Shown here piece after piece: positions 49,141 through 60,081 of a stretch of 64,000 nt of DNA (position 1 is its first letter; every line of letters starts with the position of its first letter). Source of the stretch: Ottowia sp. (GTDB lineage: Bacteria > Pseudomonadota > Gammaproteobacteria > Burkholderiales > Burkholderiaceae_C); assembly GCF_035348955.1 (NCBI RefSeq), contig NZ_DAOPRM010000002.1, one strand, 5' to 3'. The position numbers and the translations under genes were made by a program. The notes below the pieces were generated by a model. That model saw only the letters and a program-made list of their open reading frames with translations, made no database searches and was not told the DNA's origin.

Positions 49141-50354
49141 GGCGCGGCCACCTGTCGCAGCACGGTGCTGTCGCCTTCGGCGGACAGGGCGTAGCCTTGC
49201 GGGCGCAGGCGCTGGTTGGCGTCGGTCAGCGCGGCGGCGGCCACCGTGACGCCTTTCAGCCGCAGCTCGCCTGCTGCAAATTCGATAGCTGTCGGCGCAG
49301 TACTGACGGGCGCTGACTGCGCAAAAGCCTGCAGCATCGGCTCCAGGTCGCGCGGCGAGGCGGCGCCGGTGGCCTGGCGCAGCTGGGCGACCTCGCGCGC
49401 CATCTGCGCCGGCGCGTCCACCACCACCTTGACGGCGGGGAAAGTCTGGGTCAGCAGCGCCTGGTTGGCGGCGCGGCGCGCGGCCAGATCGTCCTGCGTG
49501 CGCCAGGCCAGCACGTTCAGGCCGATCAGGTTGGCCAGCACCAGCAGCGCCAGCCCCCAGCGGGCTGGCCGCCACAGCGGGGCGTGCAGAAAGTCGCGCC
49601 ACAGCGCACCGGCGCGCTTGGCGGCGCGCGCGCGCCCGGTGCGGGCAAACTGGAACTGCGCCAAATCCCACCCGCTGCGGCTGGCGCGCAGCAGGCGCTG
49701 CGCGGGCGATTCGATGGCGACCGGTTGCTGCAGCGTCTGTTCGGCCAGCGCCGCCACGGCCGGTTCGGCGCGCAGCTCGGGCAGCGGCGCGTCGTCGGGG
49801 CGGGGCGGCAGCAGCGCCAGCGTGCCGACGTCGAGCGGCAGCGCCTGCGCGCCGCCCGGCACCTCGGCGCCGCTCATCAGCAGCAGGGCGCGCTCCGGCG
49901 TGCCGGTCACCAGCCATTGCAGCGGCCCGTCCTGCGGCGGCAGCTCGGGCACGATGCGGCTGACCGGGCGGCCGGCGGCTTCCAGCGCGGCCATGTGGTC
50001 GGCCAGCCAGGCGCGGTCGCATACGGCCACCCAGGCGCTGGCGCCGGCCTGTGCGCCGGGCGCCAGGGCGAAGTGAAGGCCTTCGACGTCGTCCAGCACC
50101 TGCTCTTCCAGCAGGCCGTCGAGCACGGTGCGCAGGCGCGGCGAGGCGGGGCCAACGCCGCGGGGCAGCGTCACCCGCTGCCACGACAGCTGGCTGGCCG
50201 GCGCCACGGCCACCACTTCGACACCGCGCCCGGCCGGCGGCAGCAGCGCCGGCGCCGCGCTGCCATGCGCCGCCACGCCCTGGCCGTCGTCCGAGGTGGC
50301 AAAGTCATAGCCGGCCGGCGCACCCGGCGGCAGGGCGATCAGAAGGAGGCTCAT
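49137..50354 (-). CDS. gspL: T2SS protein GspL
   Basis: LSWQRV.LP, LEEQVLDD..LHFAL, WDLAQF, TM, TFP.V.VVVDAP.QM. Confidence 0.9.
   Translation of the reverse strand: MSLLLIALPPGAPAGYDFATSDDGQGVAAHGSAAPALLPPAGRGVEVVAVAPASQLSWQRVTLPRGVGPASPRLRTVLDGLLEEQVLDDVEGLHFALAPGAQAGASAWVAVCDRAWLADHMAALEAAGRPVSRIVPELPPQDGPLQWLVTGTPERALLLMSGAEVPGGAQALPLDVGTLALLPPRPDDAPLPELRAEPAVAALAEQTLQQPVAIESPAQRLLRASRSGWDLAQFQFARTGRARAAKRAGALWRDFLHAPLWRPARWGLALLVLANLIGLNVLAWRTQDDLAARRAANQALLTQTFPAVKVVVDAPAQMAREVAQLRQATGAASPRDLEPMLQAFAQSAPVSTAPTAIEFAAGELRLKGVTVAAAALTDANQRLRPQGYALSAEGDSTVLRQVAAP
49273..49335 (+). repeat. Family B motif embedded in gspL coding sequence (antisense)
   Basis: gctgcaaattcgatagc-tgtcg-gcgc-agtactgacgg-gcgc-tgactgcgcaaaagcc. 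Confidence 0.7.
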
Positions 50355-50756
50355 GGGGTTCGGCGCATTGTAGGCGTGGCACCCAGCAGGGCAGACTCAT
50401 GCAGCAGACGCCTGTACGGCAGACGAACTGAGGCAGACCCCAAGATGTCATAGCGCCTCATTGCTCAGGTGTCGCAACCAGTTCGCCTCGCTCAGACAGG
50501 CTGAACCGTGCGTCAGATCCTTTGAGCCGAGGGGACAGTCCGTTTTGGTGGGCTGCGCCGGTTCGCGGCCATGAACGGACTTTTCGACCCCTCCGATCGA
50601 ACACCCGCTTTCCACGTGTCAACAGACGTGTTAGTGGTTGGATGGTGATCGCTGCGATCTACAGAACTATTTCCGTGGTCTGCATGTTGAGCTGGACGTG
50701 GAAACCGATGCAACGGCTTGCATCATCAGCATGCAACCGCCCGACCATCGGGACGA

Positions 50757-51443
50757 TCAGCCGATAAACCGATAGCCCACGCCAGCTTCCGTCACAAGAT
50801 GCTTCGGGCGCGACGGGTCGCTCTCGATTTTCTTGCGCAGATTAGCCACGTGCACGCGCACGTAGTGAGTGTCTTCTGCGTGACCTGGCCCCCAGACCGC
50901 GCGCAGCAGTTGGCGGTGCGTGACCACTCGCTCAGGCTGACCGATCAGGTGCGTCAGAAGACGGTATTCAATAGGCGTCAAATGCAGTACTTCATCGGCT
51001 CGTGTGACCACGCGCCGGCTCAAATCGACGCTCACCTCGCCGAACGAGACGGTGGCTTCGCCAGTTTGCCCAGCAGTCCCTTGGCGCCGCAACTGAGCAC
51101 GAACGCGCGCCAGTAATTCACCGGCACCAAACGGTTTCACAAGGTAATCGTCGGCGCCTGCGTCGAGTGCTTCAATCTTTTCGGCTTCACGGCTGCGCGC
51201 AGATAGGACGATGATGGACGTGTCCGACCAGTTGCGCAAGTCACGAATCAGATCTACGCCGTCGCCGTCGGGCAATCCCAAATCCAGCACAAGCAAATCG
51301 GGGCGGCGCGTGCCAGCTTCAATCAGTCCGCGATCACAAGTGGCCGCCTCATACACTTCGTATCCAGCGCTCTCCAAGGCCATGCGCACGAAGCGCCGAA
51401 TGTCGGCCTCGTCTTCAACGATCAGGATACGCACAACGTTCAT
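50757..51443 (-). CDS. kdpE: Response regulator KdpE
   Basis: GTRRPDL..LDLGLPDGDG, HLTPIEYRLL, VWGP, THYVRV. Confidence 0.95.
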   Translation of the reverse strand: MNVVRILIVEDEADIRRFVRMALESAGYEVYEAATCDRGLIEAGTRRPDLLVLDLGLPDGDGVDLIRDLRNWSDTSIIVLSARSREAEKIEALDAGADDYLVKPFGAGELLARVRAQLRRQGTAGQTGEATVSFGEVSVDLSRRVVTRADEVLHLTPIEYRLLTHLIGQPERVVTHRQLLRAVWGPGHAEDTHYVRVHVANLRKKIESDPSRPKHLVTEAGVGYRFIG

Positions 51444-54196
51444 GATTCGGCATTGTCCGCCAGCGCTGGCACCGCACTGCCGTCATCCTGGGGCGGCGTA
51501 CCACGCGGCAAGGTGATGACAAAGCGCGCGCCCCCCACACCGCCATTCTCGACGCGGTTTTCACCGTGAATCCTGCCGCCGTGGGCCTGAAGGATGGCGC
51601 GGCAGATGGCCAGGCCCAGGCCCACGCCCGGCGTGGCCGTCTCCTTGTCGCCGCGCTCGAATTTATCGAACACCGCCTCTTCGCGCCCACGCGGCAGGCC
51701 GGGACCATCGTCCTCAATGGTGATGCGCACATCGCTGCCGCTCAGGGCCGCGCCGACGTGGATCGCGGTGGCCGGTGGCGTGTACTTGGCGGCGTTTTCA
51801 AGCAGGTTCACCAGCACACGCTCAAACATCGCGGCGTCCAGGCGCAGCATGGGCAAGTCGGGCGCCAGTTGCACAGTCACCTGACGCTTACCCAACGCAG
51901 GCCCGCAGGCGGCGAGCGCGCTGCCCAGCACTTCTTCGAGGGGCTGCCATTCGCGCCGCAATTGCACCGCGCCTGACTCCAACCGCGCCATGTCGAGCAG
52001 GTTGGTGACCAGCGCGTTCATGCGCAACGCTGAGGCACGGATGGCGCCGGCCACTTCCACCTGGGCGGGCGCCAGGGGTGAAGTTATGACCAGCGTATCG
52101 GCCAGGCCCACGAGCGCTGCCAGCGGAGTGCGCAAATCGTGCGAGATGGCCGACAAGAGCGAGTTTCGTAGCCGCTCTGATTCAATTTGCACCGTGCTGG
52201 CTTGCGCCACTTCAATGTAGTGGATGCGTTCCAAGGAAATCGCCAACAGCGACGCGCAGGTGTCAAGCAACTGGCGCTGCTCGGGAGTTAGCAATGTGGC
52301 CTGCGTGGGTTGAACGGCCAACACCCCGCGCAGCCGCATCGGTGCTTTCAGCGGCAGCATCAAGCAGTCGCTGGACGGCAGCGTGTTGGTGCCGCGCCCG
52401 GCCGCCTCGCCCTTATCGAAAGCCCATTGTGCGACGGCCCGATCAGGCTGGGCGGTGGCACCAGGCTGCAATTGCAGTTGATCGCTCGCGTCGGCGACCA
52501 GCAGCGCCGACCGTGCAGCAAGCTCACCCGACAGAAAGCGCGCGCCGATCTCGGCGACCTGCTCCGGTTGCAGGGCAGCGGAGAGTTCGCGCGACATCTG
52601 GTAGAGCCCACGCACCCTTCGTTCGCGCTCGGTGGCGGCCTGTGCCTGCGCACGCAGCCCGGCCGTGAGTTGCCCCACCACTAGCCCCACCAGCAACATG
52701 ACGGCGAAGGTAATGAGGTACTGCACGTCGCTGACGGTGAACGAAAAGCGCGGGGGCACGAAAAAGAAATCGAACAGCGCGACACCGACAAAGGACGCCA
52801 GCACCGCCGGCCCGCGCCCATAGCGCAGCGCGATGCCGACCACCGCCAGCAGGAACAGCATCACGATGTTGCTGAGTTCCAGCACGCTGATAAGCGGGGT
52901 CGCGGCGACTCCGATGAGTGCACAACCGACTGTCGCGGCCACGTAGCCCTGCCACTGAATGGCGTTCGACTCAAGTTCTTTCCGGCGTGTCTTGAAGCCT
53001 TTGCGCTCCTCTATCGGTAGCGGAACCTGGAGTACGTCCATGTCGGGCGTCTGACCCGCCAAGCGTTCGGTCAACGAGCGCTCCCACGGCCAGCGTCGCG
53101 GCCGCCAGCCCAGCACCAGACGCGAAAGGTTGTGTTCGCGCGCATAGCGCACCAGTGTGTCGGCTACGTCGGCGCCAGTGGGCGTGGCGGTAGTTGCGCC
53201 CAGCTCCTGAGCCAGCTTCAACGCCCGCAGCGCCTGTTGGCGAGCGGCGTCGCCCACGCGCTGCCCAGCGGGCGCATCCACGAAGATGGCGTGCCACGGT
53301 AAATCGGTCTGCGCAGCCAGGCGCGCCGCGCTGCGTACGACCGCCTCTCCACCCGCGCCGGGGCCGACGCAGGCCAGCAGCGCATCGCGCGTTGACCAGG
53401 CTGGCTGCCCTGGCACACCATCGCCGCTGCTGCGGCGCCAGTGCTGCATCTGTGTGTCCACGCGGTCGGCGGTGCGGCGCAGTGCCAGCTCGCGCAGCGC
53501 AATGAGGTTGCCCTTGCGAAAGAAGTTGGCCGCCGCCCGCTCGGCCTGTTGCGGCACGTAGACCTTGCCGGCCTTCAGGCGCGCCAGCAACTCGTCGGGC
53601 GGCAGGTCGACCACCACCACTTCATCGGCGGCGTCGAACAGGGTGTCGGGCACCGTCTCCCATACGCGAATGCCCGTAATCCCGCCGACGATGTCGTTCA
53701 GGCTTTCGAGGTGCTGCACGTTCATCGTGCTCCACACGTCGATGCCGGCGGCCAGCAGCTCTTCCACGTCCTGCCAGCGCTTGGGGTGGCGCGAGCCTGG
53801 CGCGTTGCTGTGCGCCAGCTCGTCCAGCAAAACCAGCGGCGGCTCGGCTCCGCCCTTGTGCTCGGCGCCAAATGCCAGCGCCGCGTCGAGGTCGAACTCC
53901 TTCAGCACGCGCTCGCGGTAAGGCACATCTTTCAGCGCCAGCAGCGGCAGGCCGGCCACCAGGGCCTCAGTCTCGGCGCGGCCATGCGTCTCGACCAACC
54001 CCACGATCAGGGGCACGTCCTGCGCCAGCGCGGTGCGCGCGGCCGACAGCATCGCGTAGGTCTTGCCGACGCCAGCCGAGGCACCGAAGAAGATTTTTAG
54101 GCGCCCGCGCCGCGCCTTGGCTTCTTCCTGCTGCACGCGCGCGAGCAGCGCGTCTGGGTCTGGACGGTCGTCCTCTGGTGACGCGTGGGATGGCAT
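51440..54196 (-). CDS. kdpD: Sensor histidine kinase KdpD
   Basis: RPDPDALL, GVGKTYAML, DELAHSN, KRWQDV, 4 TM, ISHDLRTPL. Confidence 0.96.
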   Translation of the reverse strand: MPSHASPEDDRPDPDALLARVQQEEAKARRGRLKIFFGASAGVGKTYAMLSAARTALAQDVPLIVGLVETHGRAETEALVAGLPLLALKDVPYRERVLKEFDLDAALAFGAEHKGGAEPPLVLLDELAHSNAPGSRHPKRWQDVEELLAAGIDVWSTMNVQHLESLNDIVGGITGIRVWETVPDTLFDAADEVVVVDLPPDELLARLKAGKVYVPQQAERAAANFFRKGNLIALRELALRRTADRVDTQMQHWRRSSGDGVPGQPAWSTRDALLACVGPGAGGEAVVRSAARLAAQTDLPWHAIFVDAPAGQRVGDAARQQALRALKLAQELGATTATPTGADVADTLVRYAREHNLSRLVLGWRPRRWPWERSLTERLAGQTPDMDVLQVPLPIEERKGFKTRRKELESNAIQWQGYVAATVGCALIGVAATPLISVLELSNIVMLFLLAVVGIALRYGRGPAVLASFVGVALFDFFFVPPRFSFTVSDVQYLITFAVMLLVGLVVGQLTAGLRAQAQAATERERRVRGLYQMSRELSAALQPEQVAEIGARFLSGELAARSALLVADASDQLQLQPGATAQPDRAVAQWAFDKGEAAGRGTNTLPSSDCLMLPLKAPMRLRGVLAVQPTQATLLTPEQRQLLDTCASLLAISLERIHYIEVAQASTVQIESERLRNSLLSAISHDLRTPLAALVGLADTLVITSPLAPAQVEVAGAIRASALRMNALVTNLLDMARLESGAVQLRREWQPLEEVLGSALAACGPALGKRQVTVQLAPDLPMLRLDAAMFERVLVNLLENAAKYTPPATAIHVGAALSGSDVRITIEDDGPGLPRGREEAVFDKFERGDKETATPGVGLGLAICRAILQAHGGRIHGENRVENGGVGGARFVITLPRGTPPQDDGSAVPALADNAES

Positions 54197-54217
54197 GGCC
54201 GATGGTATGCGTGAAGC

Positions 54218-55075
54218 TCAGAACGTCTTGCCCACCTGCAGCACCAGCGCCGCTCGGTTGAGTGCGCGCGTGGCGCCGTCGGTGGCCGACAGGCCGCCGG
54301 TGGGCGGGCGGTAGAAGCGGTTGTTGGTGGCGCCGACGACGCCGACCGAGGCGCTCCAACCGCCCTCGAAGGTCTTGGCCAGCGCCACGCGCCAGTCGGC
54401 GTAGTTGGGGCTGTGGCCACTCGCCGTCGCGCGCAGGTCGGTGTAGCCGGCGTGCAGGATCAGGTGCAGGCTGCCGTCCAGCGGCACCGTGGCCGTCAAA
54501 TCGTGATACAGCGTTCCGCGCGTGCCTCGGCTGTAACTGGTGCGCGTGTTGGCACCAAAGTAATCGGTGGCGGAAACCGACACCTTATAGGCCAGCCACT
54601 TCCAATTCACCCCGGCGTTGATTTCAAGCGTGTTGAAGCGTTGGCTCGGCAAGCCGCCACAGGGTGCGCTTAAAGCAGCCGACGGGCAGGTGGCCTGGCT
54701 CACATTGGCGCCAGGGTAGATGTAACCATACAGGCCGGCGGTGTAGCCCCAGTCCTCATTGACCTTGCCGTTGTAGCCGCCGTACACATCCAACTCGGCG
54801 CCGCCGCCGGGGTAGGCTCGCGAACTCACGTTGGAAGCCCAGAAACCGGCGTACCAGCCGCTGGGATGGGCGTAGTCCACGCCGCCTTGCAGCGCCGGCC
54901 GTCCCCAAGTCTGGTCGATGCCGCGAAAGCGGTAGTGGCTGACGAGGTTCAGGTTGGCGGTGAAGGGCTTGCCCGGCGGCGCCTCGTCGGCCCAGGCGGG
55001 AGCGGACAACAAGGAAGCGGCAAGCACAAGACAAGAGGTGTGTTTCATGGCCGTGAATCCATTCACAGGGGTCAT
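54218..55075 (-). CDS. TorF-family putative outer-membrane porin
   Basis: Signal peptide, S.YRFRGIDQT...PALQGG.DY...GWYAG.WASNV, C-terminal F; start 55075 or 55048. Confidence 0.8.
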   Translation of the reverse strand: MTPVNGFTAMKHTSCLVLAASLLSAPAWADEAPPGKPFTANLNLVSHYRFRGIDQTWGRPALQGGVDYAHPSGWYAGFWASNVSSRAYPGGGAELDVYGGYNGKVNEDWGYTAGLYGYIYPGANVSQATCPSAALSAPCGGLPSQRFNTLEINAGVNWKWLAYKVSVSATDYFGANTRTSYSRGTRGTLYHDLTATVPLDGSLHLILHAGYTDLRATASGHSPNYADWRVALAKTFEGGWSASVGVVGATNNRFYRPPTGGLSATDGATRALNRAALVLQVGKTF

Positions 55076-55191
55076 TCGTCCGGCGCATCGCTGGGTGACC
55101 TGTTGCGCCGAACCAGCCAGCGCGCCAGCAACAAGGGCATCAGCACGATCAGCAGCGCCAAGCTCAGAGACAGCCAGTCGGTCGAACCCAT
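55072..55191 (-). CDS. 39-aa single-TM peptide between kdpB and the porin gene
   Basis: MGSTDWLSLSLALLIVLMPLLLARWLVRRNRSPSDAPDE; ATGA overlap with porin ATG 55075. Confidence 0.55.
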   Translation of the reverse strand: MGSTDWLSLSLALLIVLMPLLLARWLVRRNRSPSDAPDE

Positions 55192-55207
55192 GGTCGCGCC
55201 CCGTGCC

Positions 55208-57301
55208 TTAGGCCATGCCCAGCGCGGTCAGCGCCAAGTCAATCAGCTTGATGCCAATGAAGGGCACCACCACGCCACCGACACCATAAAGCAGCAGATT
55301 GCGGCGAAGCAGATCGGCGGCGGGCGCTGCGCGGTATTTCACGCCTTTGAGCGCCAGTGGAATCAAAAACACGATGATGAGTGCGTTGAAAATCACCGCC
55401 GACAGAATCGCCGACGAGGGGCTGGCCAGTCTCATCACGTTCAGCGCGCCCAGTTGCGGATAGGTGCTGACAAAGGCCGCCGGGATGATGGCGAAATACT
55501 TGGCCACATCGTTGGCGATGCTGAACGTGGTGAGCGAGCCACGCGTCATCAGCATCTGCTTGCCGGTCTCGACGATCTCGATCAGCTTGGTCGGGTTGCT
55601 GTCCAGATCGACCATGTTGCCGGCTTCCTTGGCGGCCTGGGTGCCGGTGTTCATGGCCACCGCCACGTCGGCCTGCGCCAGCGCGGGGGCGTCGTTGGTG
55701 CCGTCTCCGGTCATCGCCACCAGTTGGCCGCGCGCCTGGTGCTCGCGGATCAGCGCCAGCTTGGCTTCGGGCGTGGCCTCGGCCAGAAAATCGTCCACGC
55801 CGGCTTCGGCGGCAATAGCGGCGGCCGTCAACCGGTTGTCGCCGGTGATCATAACCGTCTTGATGCCCATGCGGCGCAGCTCGGCAAAGCGCTCCTTGAT
55901 GCCGCCTTTGATGATGTCTTTCAGCTCGACCACGCCCAGCGCCCGCGCGCCGTCGGCTACCACCAGTGGCGTGCTGCCCCGGCGCGAAACTTCGTCCACC
56001 GCTTGTTGCACTTCGGGTGGGAAGTGGCGGCCCAGCGCCTCAACGTACTTTCGCAGCGCGTCGGCGGCGCCTTTTCGGATGGCGCGGCCTTCGGGCAGGT
56101 CAACGCCGCTCATGCGCGTCTGGGCGGTGAAGTGCACGAACTGCGCGCCCAGCGCTTCGACCTCGCGCTCGCGCAGGTTGAACTTCTGCTTGGCCAACAC
56201 CACGATGCTGCGGCCCTCGGGCGTCTCATCGGCCAGCGAGGCCAGTTGCGCGGCGTCGGCCAGTTGCTCCTCGCTCACGCCGGGCGCGGGCAAGAAGCTG
56301 CTCGCTTGCCGATTGCCCAGCGTGATGGTGCCCGTCTTGTCCATCAGCAGCACGTCCACGTCGCCAGCGGCTTCCACCGCGCGGCCCGATGTGGCAATCA
56401 CATTGGCCTGCATCATGCGGCTCATGCCTGCCACGCCGATGGCCGAGAGCAAACCGCCAATGGTGGTGGGAATCAGGCATACCAGCAGGGCCACCAGCAC
56501 CGTGACGCTGACCACCGCGCCGCTGCCCGCCTGCGCCACGGCAAAGGCCGAATACGGCCGGAGCGTGACGATGACCAGTAGAAACACCAGCGTCAGGCCG
56601 ACCAGCAAAATCGTCAGCGCAATCTCGTTGGGCGTTTTCTTGCGGCTGGCGTTCTCGACCATGGCGATCATGCGGTCAACAAAAGTCTCGCCCGGGTTGA
56701 CCGCCACGCGCGCCACGATCCAGTCCGACAGCACACGCGTGCCGCCGGTCACCGCCGAGAAATCGCCGCCCGATTCGCGGATCACCGGCGCCGATTCGCC
56801 GGTGATGGCCGATTCATCGACCGAGGCCACGCCGTCGATCACCTCGGCATCGGCCGGAATCACGTCGCCCGCCTCAATCAGCACCACGTCGCCCTTGCGC
56901 AGGCTGGTGGCTTCGGTCGGTAGCCAATTCAGTTCGCTGCGCTGGCATGCTCGGTCATAGGCCCCGCCGTCGAGCTTTTTGGCCCAAGTCTGCTTCTTCA
57001 ACCCGCGCAGGCTGGCCGCCTGTGCCTTGCTACGCCCTTCGGCCAGCGCCTCCGCGAAGTTGGCGAACAGGACGGTGAACCACAGCCACAGCGCAATCGC
57101 CAGGATGAAGCCCGCCGGCGCCTCGCCCTTGCCACCCAGCGCCTGGAAGAACAGCATGGTGGTGAGGATGGAACCCAGATAGACCACGAACATCACCGGG
57201 TTTCGCCACTGTTGCTGCGGTGCGAGCTTGCGCGCCGCGTCCCACAGCGCGGTGCGCATCAGCGACCGGTCAAACAGAGAGAGGGATTTGTTTTCGGACA
57301 T
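55208..57301 (-). CDS. kdpB: K+-transporting ATPase subunit KdpB
   Basis: [32 protein letters not shown]. Confidence 0.97.
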   Translation of the reverse strand: MSENKSLSLFDRSLMRTALWDAARKLAPQQQWRNPVMFVVYLGSILTTMLFFQALGGKGEAPAGFILAIALWLWFTVLFANFAEALAEGRSKAQAASLRGLKKQTWAKKLDGGAYDRACQRSELNWLPTEATSLRKGDVVLIEAGDVIPADAEVIDGVASVDESAITGESAPVIRESGGDFSAVTGGTRVLSDWIVARVAVNPGETFVDRMIAMVENASRKKTPNEIALTILLVGLTLVFLLVIVTLRPYSAFAVAQAGSGAVVSVTVLVALLVCLIPTTIGGLLSAIGVAGMSRMMQANVIATSGRAVEAAGDVDVLLMDKTGTITLGNRQASSFLPAPGVSEEQLADAAQLASLADETPEGRSIVVLAKQKFNLREREVEALGAQFVHFTAQTRMSGVDLPEGRAIRKGAADALRKYVEALGRHFPPEVQQAVDEVSRRGSTPLVVADGARALGVVELKDIIKGGIKERFAELRRMGIKTVMITGDNRLTAAAIAAEAGVDDFLAEATPEAKLALIREHQARGQLVAMTGDGTNDAPALAQADVAVAMNTGTQAAKEAGNMVDLDSNPTKLIEIVETGKQMLMTRGSLTTFSIANDVAKYFAIIPAAFVSTYPQLGALNVMRLASPSSAILSAVIFNALIIVFLIPLALKGVKYRAAPAADLLRRNLLLYGVGGVVVPFIGIKLIDLALTALGMA

Positions 57302-57323
57302 GGGAGATGCTCCGATTCGCTAT

Positions 57324-58013
57324 TTATTTGGTAGCTGGCTGCGCTTGTTGAACGCCGGGAAAGGCGGCATTCAATGCCAAATTGAGCCGAAGCACGTTGA
57401 CGCGCGGCTCGCCCAGCAAGCCAAGCACGCGGCCTTCCGTATGCTGACTCAAAAATTGTTGCACCTGCTCCAAGGGGATGCCGCGCGCCTTGGCCACGCG
57501 CCCCACCTGGGCTTGCGCGTTGGCGACCGAGATGTGCGGATCGAGCCCGGAGGCTGAGGCGGTGACGGCGTCCACCGGCACTGGCGCGGTAGAGCCGAGC
57601 CCGTTGGTTTTGCGGTAATCCGCCACGCGCTGCGTCACGGCGTCAATCAGCGCCTGGTTGGTCGGCCCCTGGTTGCTGCCAGCGGACAACGCGGCGTTGT
57701 AGGGCGCGGCGACGGTCTTGCTGGCGTCCTGCGGATCGGGCGCGCTGGTGGCGCTGGGGCGCGGGTGGAAGTGGCGCGCGTCGCTGAAATGCTGGCCGAT
57801 TAGGTCGGAGCCGATCAACGCGCTGCCGCGCTCGATCAGGCTGCCGCCCGCTTGGCGCGGCATCAGCATCTGCGCCACGCCGGTGGTCAGCAGCGGATAA
57901 ACCAGGCCGGTGAGCAGCGCCACGAAGACGGCGCCGCGCAGGCAGGGGCCGATCAGGCCACGCAGCGGTGATGCGGCAGCCACGGTGTCGGGGGTGATTT
58001 CAAGTGTGTTCAT
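57324..58013 (-). CDS. kdpC: KdpC
   Basis: GLVYP, GS.LIGQ.F, FHPRPSA, VTASASGLDPHIS, VNVLRLN. Confidence 0.95.
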   Translation of the reverse strand: MNTLEITPDTVAAASPLRGLIGPCLRGAVFVALLTGLVYPLLTTGVAQMLMPRQAGGSLIERGSALIGSDLIGQHFSDARHFHPRPSATSAPDPQDASKTVAAPYNAALSAGSNQGPTNQALIDAVTQRVADYRKTNGLGSTAPVPVDAVTASASGLDPHISVANAQAQVGRVAKARGIPLEQVQQFLSQHTEGRVLGLLGEPRVNVLRLNLALNAAFPGVQQAQPATK

Positions 58014-58028
58014 GCGTGCGCTCCTGCT

Positions 58029-59735
58029 TCACGGATAGACATTGCCAGCCAGCATCTGCAACTGCTCGACCAAGGGGCCAAGCGCCAGCGCGGGCAAAAA
58101 AGTGAGGCCGCCGACGATCAGCACCACAAACACCAGCAGGCCCATGAACAGCGGCGTGGCTGTGGGGAAAGTGCCTGGCCCGGCTGGCACCGTCTTCTTG
58201 GCCGCCAGTGAACCGGCGACGGCCAGCATGGGCAAGAGCGTGAGGTAGCGGCCCACCAGCATCGCCAGACCGATGGTGGTGTTGAAAAACGGCGTGTTGG
58301 CGTTAAAGCCCGCAAAAGCCGAGCCGTTGTTGGCCGTGCCCGAGGTGTAGGCGTACAGCACTTCTGAAAAGCCGTGCGGGCCGTGGTTGGCCAGGCTCGC
58401 GGGCGTGTCCGGCCACATACTGGCCAGCGCGGTGAAGCCGAGGATGGCCGCCGGATGCGCCAGCACCGACAGCATCACCAGCTTGATCTCACGCGCCTCG
58501 ATCTTCTTGCCCAAAAACTCCGGTGTGCGGCCAATCATCATGCCGGCCAGGAACACGGTGAGGATGGCGTATTGCATCAGGTTGATGAAGCCCACGCCGT
58601 CACCGCCGAACACGCAGTTGAGCATCATCTGCGCCAGCGGCACGGCACCGCCCAGCGGCGTGAGCGAGTCGTGCATGGTGTTGACCGAGCCCGTGGTGGC
58701 GGCCGTGGTCACGGCCACGAACAAGGCACTGTCGGCGATGCCAAAGCGCATCTCCTTGCCTTCCATGTTGCCGCCGGGCTGCGTGGCGGTGAGCGTCTGG
58801 TCAGCACCCGCCTTGCTGAGCAGCGGGTTTCCGGTCTGCTCGGCGCCATAGACCATCGCCAAAAAGCCGATGAACATCACCACAAAAGCGCCGAAGAACA
58901 CCCAGCCTTGCCTTTTGTTTGCGAGCATCGTGCCGAAGGCGACGGTAAGCGCCGACGGAATCAAGAGCATCGACAAGATGTGCAACAGGTTTGTGAGCGG
59001 CGTCGGGTTTTCGAACGGGTGGGCCGCGTTCATGCTGAAAAAGCCGCCACCATTGGTGCCGATGTGCTTGATGGTCTCGAAGCTCGCGACTGGCCCCAGG
59101 ATGATTTGCTGGCGCGCGCCTTCCACCGTGGTCACCGTGGCTTGCGAGGCCAGCGTCTGCGGCATGCCCTGCCACACATACACCAGCGCCAGCACAAAGC
59201 ACAGCGGCAGCATCACGCGCCACAGCACGCGCATGAAATCGACCCAGTAGTTGCCGATGTCTGCGCTGCTGGCACGCCCCAACGCACGGATGAAGCCGCC
59301 CGCCGCCGCCACGCCCGCCGTCGCGCCGGCAAACATCAGGAAGGTGATCGCCACCATCTGCGTCGCGTTGGACAGACTGGCTTCGCCCGCGTACGCCTGC
59401 CAGTTGGTGTTGGTGATGAAGGAGGCCGCCGTGTTGAACGCCAAGTCGGGCGGCTGCGCAGCATTGCCCAGCCCGTTCAACGGCAGCACGCCCTGCAAGC
59501 GCAGCAGTAGGTAGCCCAGCCCCATCATCGCTGCGTTGGACAGCAGCAGCGCCAGCCCGTAGCGCGGCCAGCCCATGCGCTCCGATGGATTGACGCCAAG
59601 CGCGCGGTAGCTCAGGCGCTCCGCCGCCCAATGATGTGGGTCATCGAAAGCGCGCGCCAACCAGCGGCCCATTAGCAACGCCAGGCCGGTCATCACGGCC
59701 AGCACCAAGGCAAATTCAAACAGGTTGAGTCCCAT
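58029..59735 (-). CDS. kdpA: KdpA
   Basis: [41 protein letters not shown]. Confidence 0.97.
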   Translation of the reverse strand: MGLNLFEFALVLAVMTGLALLMGRWLARAFDDPHHWAAERLSYRALGVNPSERMGWPRYGLALLLSNAAMMGLGYLLLRLQGVLPLNGLGNAAQPPDLAFNTAASFITNTNWQAYAGEASLSNATQMVAITFLMFAGATAGVAAAGGFIRALGRASSADIGNYWVDFMRVLWRVMLPLCFVLALVYVWQGMPQTLASQATVTTVEGARQQIILGPVASFETIKHIGTNGGGFFSMNAAHPFENPTPLTNLLHILSMLLIPSALTVAFGTMLANKRQGWVFFGAFVVMFIGFLAMVYGAEQTGNPLLSKAGADQTLTATQPGGNMEGKEMRFGIADSALFVAVTTAATTGSVNTMHDSLTPLGGAVPLAQMMLNCVFGGDGVGFINLMQYAILTVFLAGMMIGRTPEFLGKKIEAREIKLVMLSVLAHPAAILGFTALASMWPDTPASLANHGPHGFSEVLYAYTSGTANNGSAFAGFNANTPFFNTTIGLAMLVGRYLTLLPMLAVAGSLAAKKTVPAGPGTFPTATPLFMGLLVFVVLIVGGLTFLPALALGPLVEQLQMLAGNVYP

Positions 59736-59744
59736 GGCGGCTCC

Positions 59745-59828
59745 TTACAAACGCCGAAGCGCCAGCACCATCCAGGCCACGGCAGCAAAGAAGGCTACGG
59801 ACACGCCGACAAAGATCAGGTCTTGCAT
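59745..59828 (-). CDS. 27-aa hydrophobic peptide between kdpF and kdpA
   Basis: MQDLIFVGVSVAFFAAVAWMVLALRRL; its TAA runs into the AGGAG RBS of kdpA. Confidence 0.65.
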   Translation of the reverse strand: MQDLIFVGVSVAFFAAVAWMVLALRRL

Positions 59829-59840
59829 GGCGGCCCCGCT

Positions 59841-59939
59841 TTAGAACTGCTCGGGCCGCAGCAAGGCGTAGCCCAAGTAGACGAACAGCCCCAGCGCGCC
59901 TGCGCCGGCCAGCCAGTAGATGAGGGTGAGCGAAGTCAT
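59841..59939 (-). CDS. kdpF: KdpF
   Basis: MTSLTLIYWLAGAGALGLFVYLGYALLRPEQF (YL.YALL.PE.F signature); AAGGA RBS. Confidence 0.88.
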   Translation of the reverse strand: MTSLTLIYWLAGAGALGLFVYLGYALLRPEQF

Positions 59940-60029
59940 GGCGTTCCTTTTGCGAATGAACCCGAAATCCCGGTATGGCGACGCTTCGTCGCCCTTGTTC
60001 ATGCGATAGGAAATGCTAGGCAGCGCGCC

Positions 60030-60081
60030 ATCAAGGCGCCGCCAAGATTGGGGCTTGGCGTATCAAGAATGCATCAAGAAT
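60030..60081 (-). promoter_or_regulatory. Putative KdpE binding sites (11-bp-period direct repeats)
   Basis: rc ATTCTTGAT twice (60073-81, 60062-70) plus TCTTGGC/CCTTGAT pair (60041-47, 60030-36); TAGCAT -10-like at 60013-18. Confidence 0.6.

Noticed and set aside
50400-50756. Short ORFs or a pseudogene in the left flank of the kdp island
   Set aside because: No recognisable protein motif, integrase or transposase remnant.
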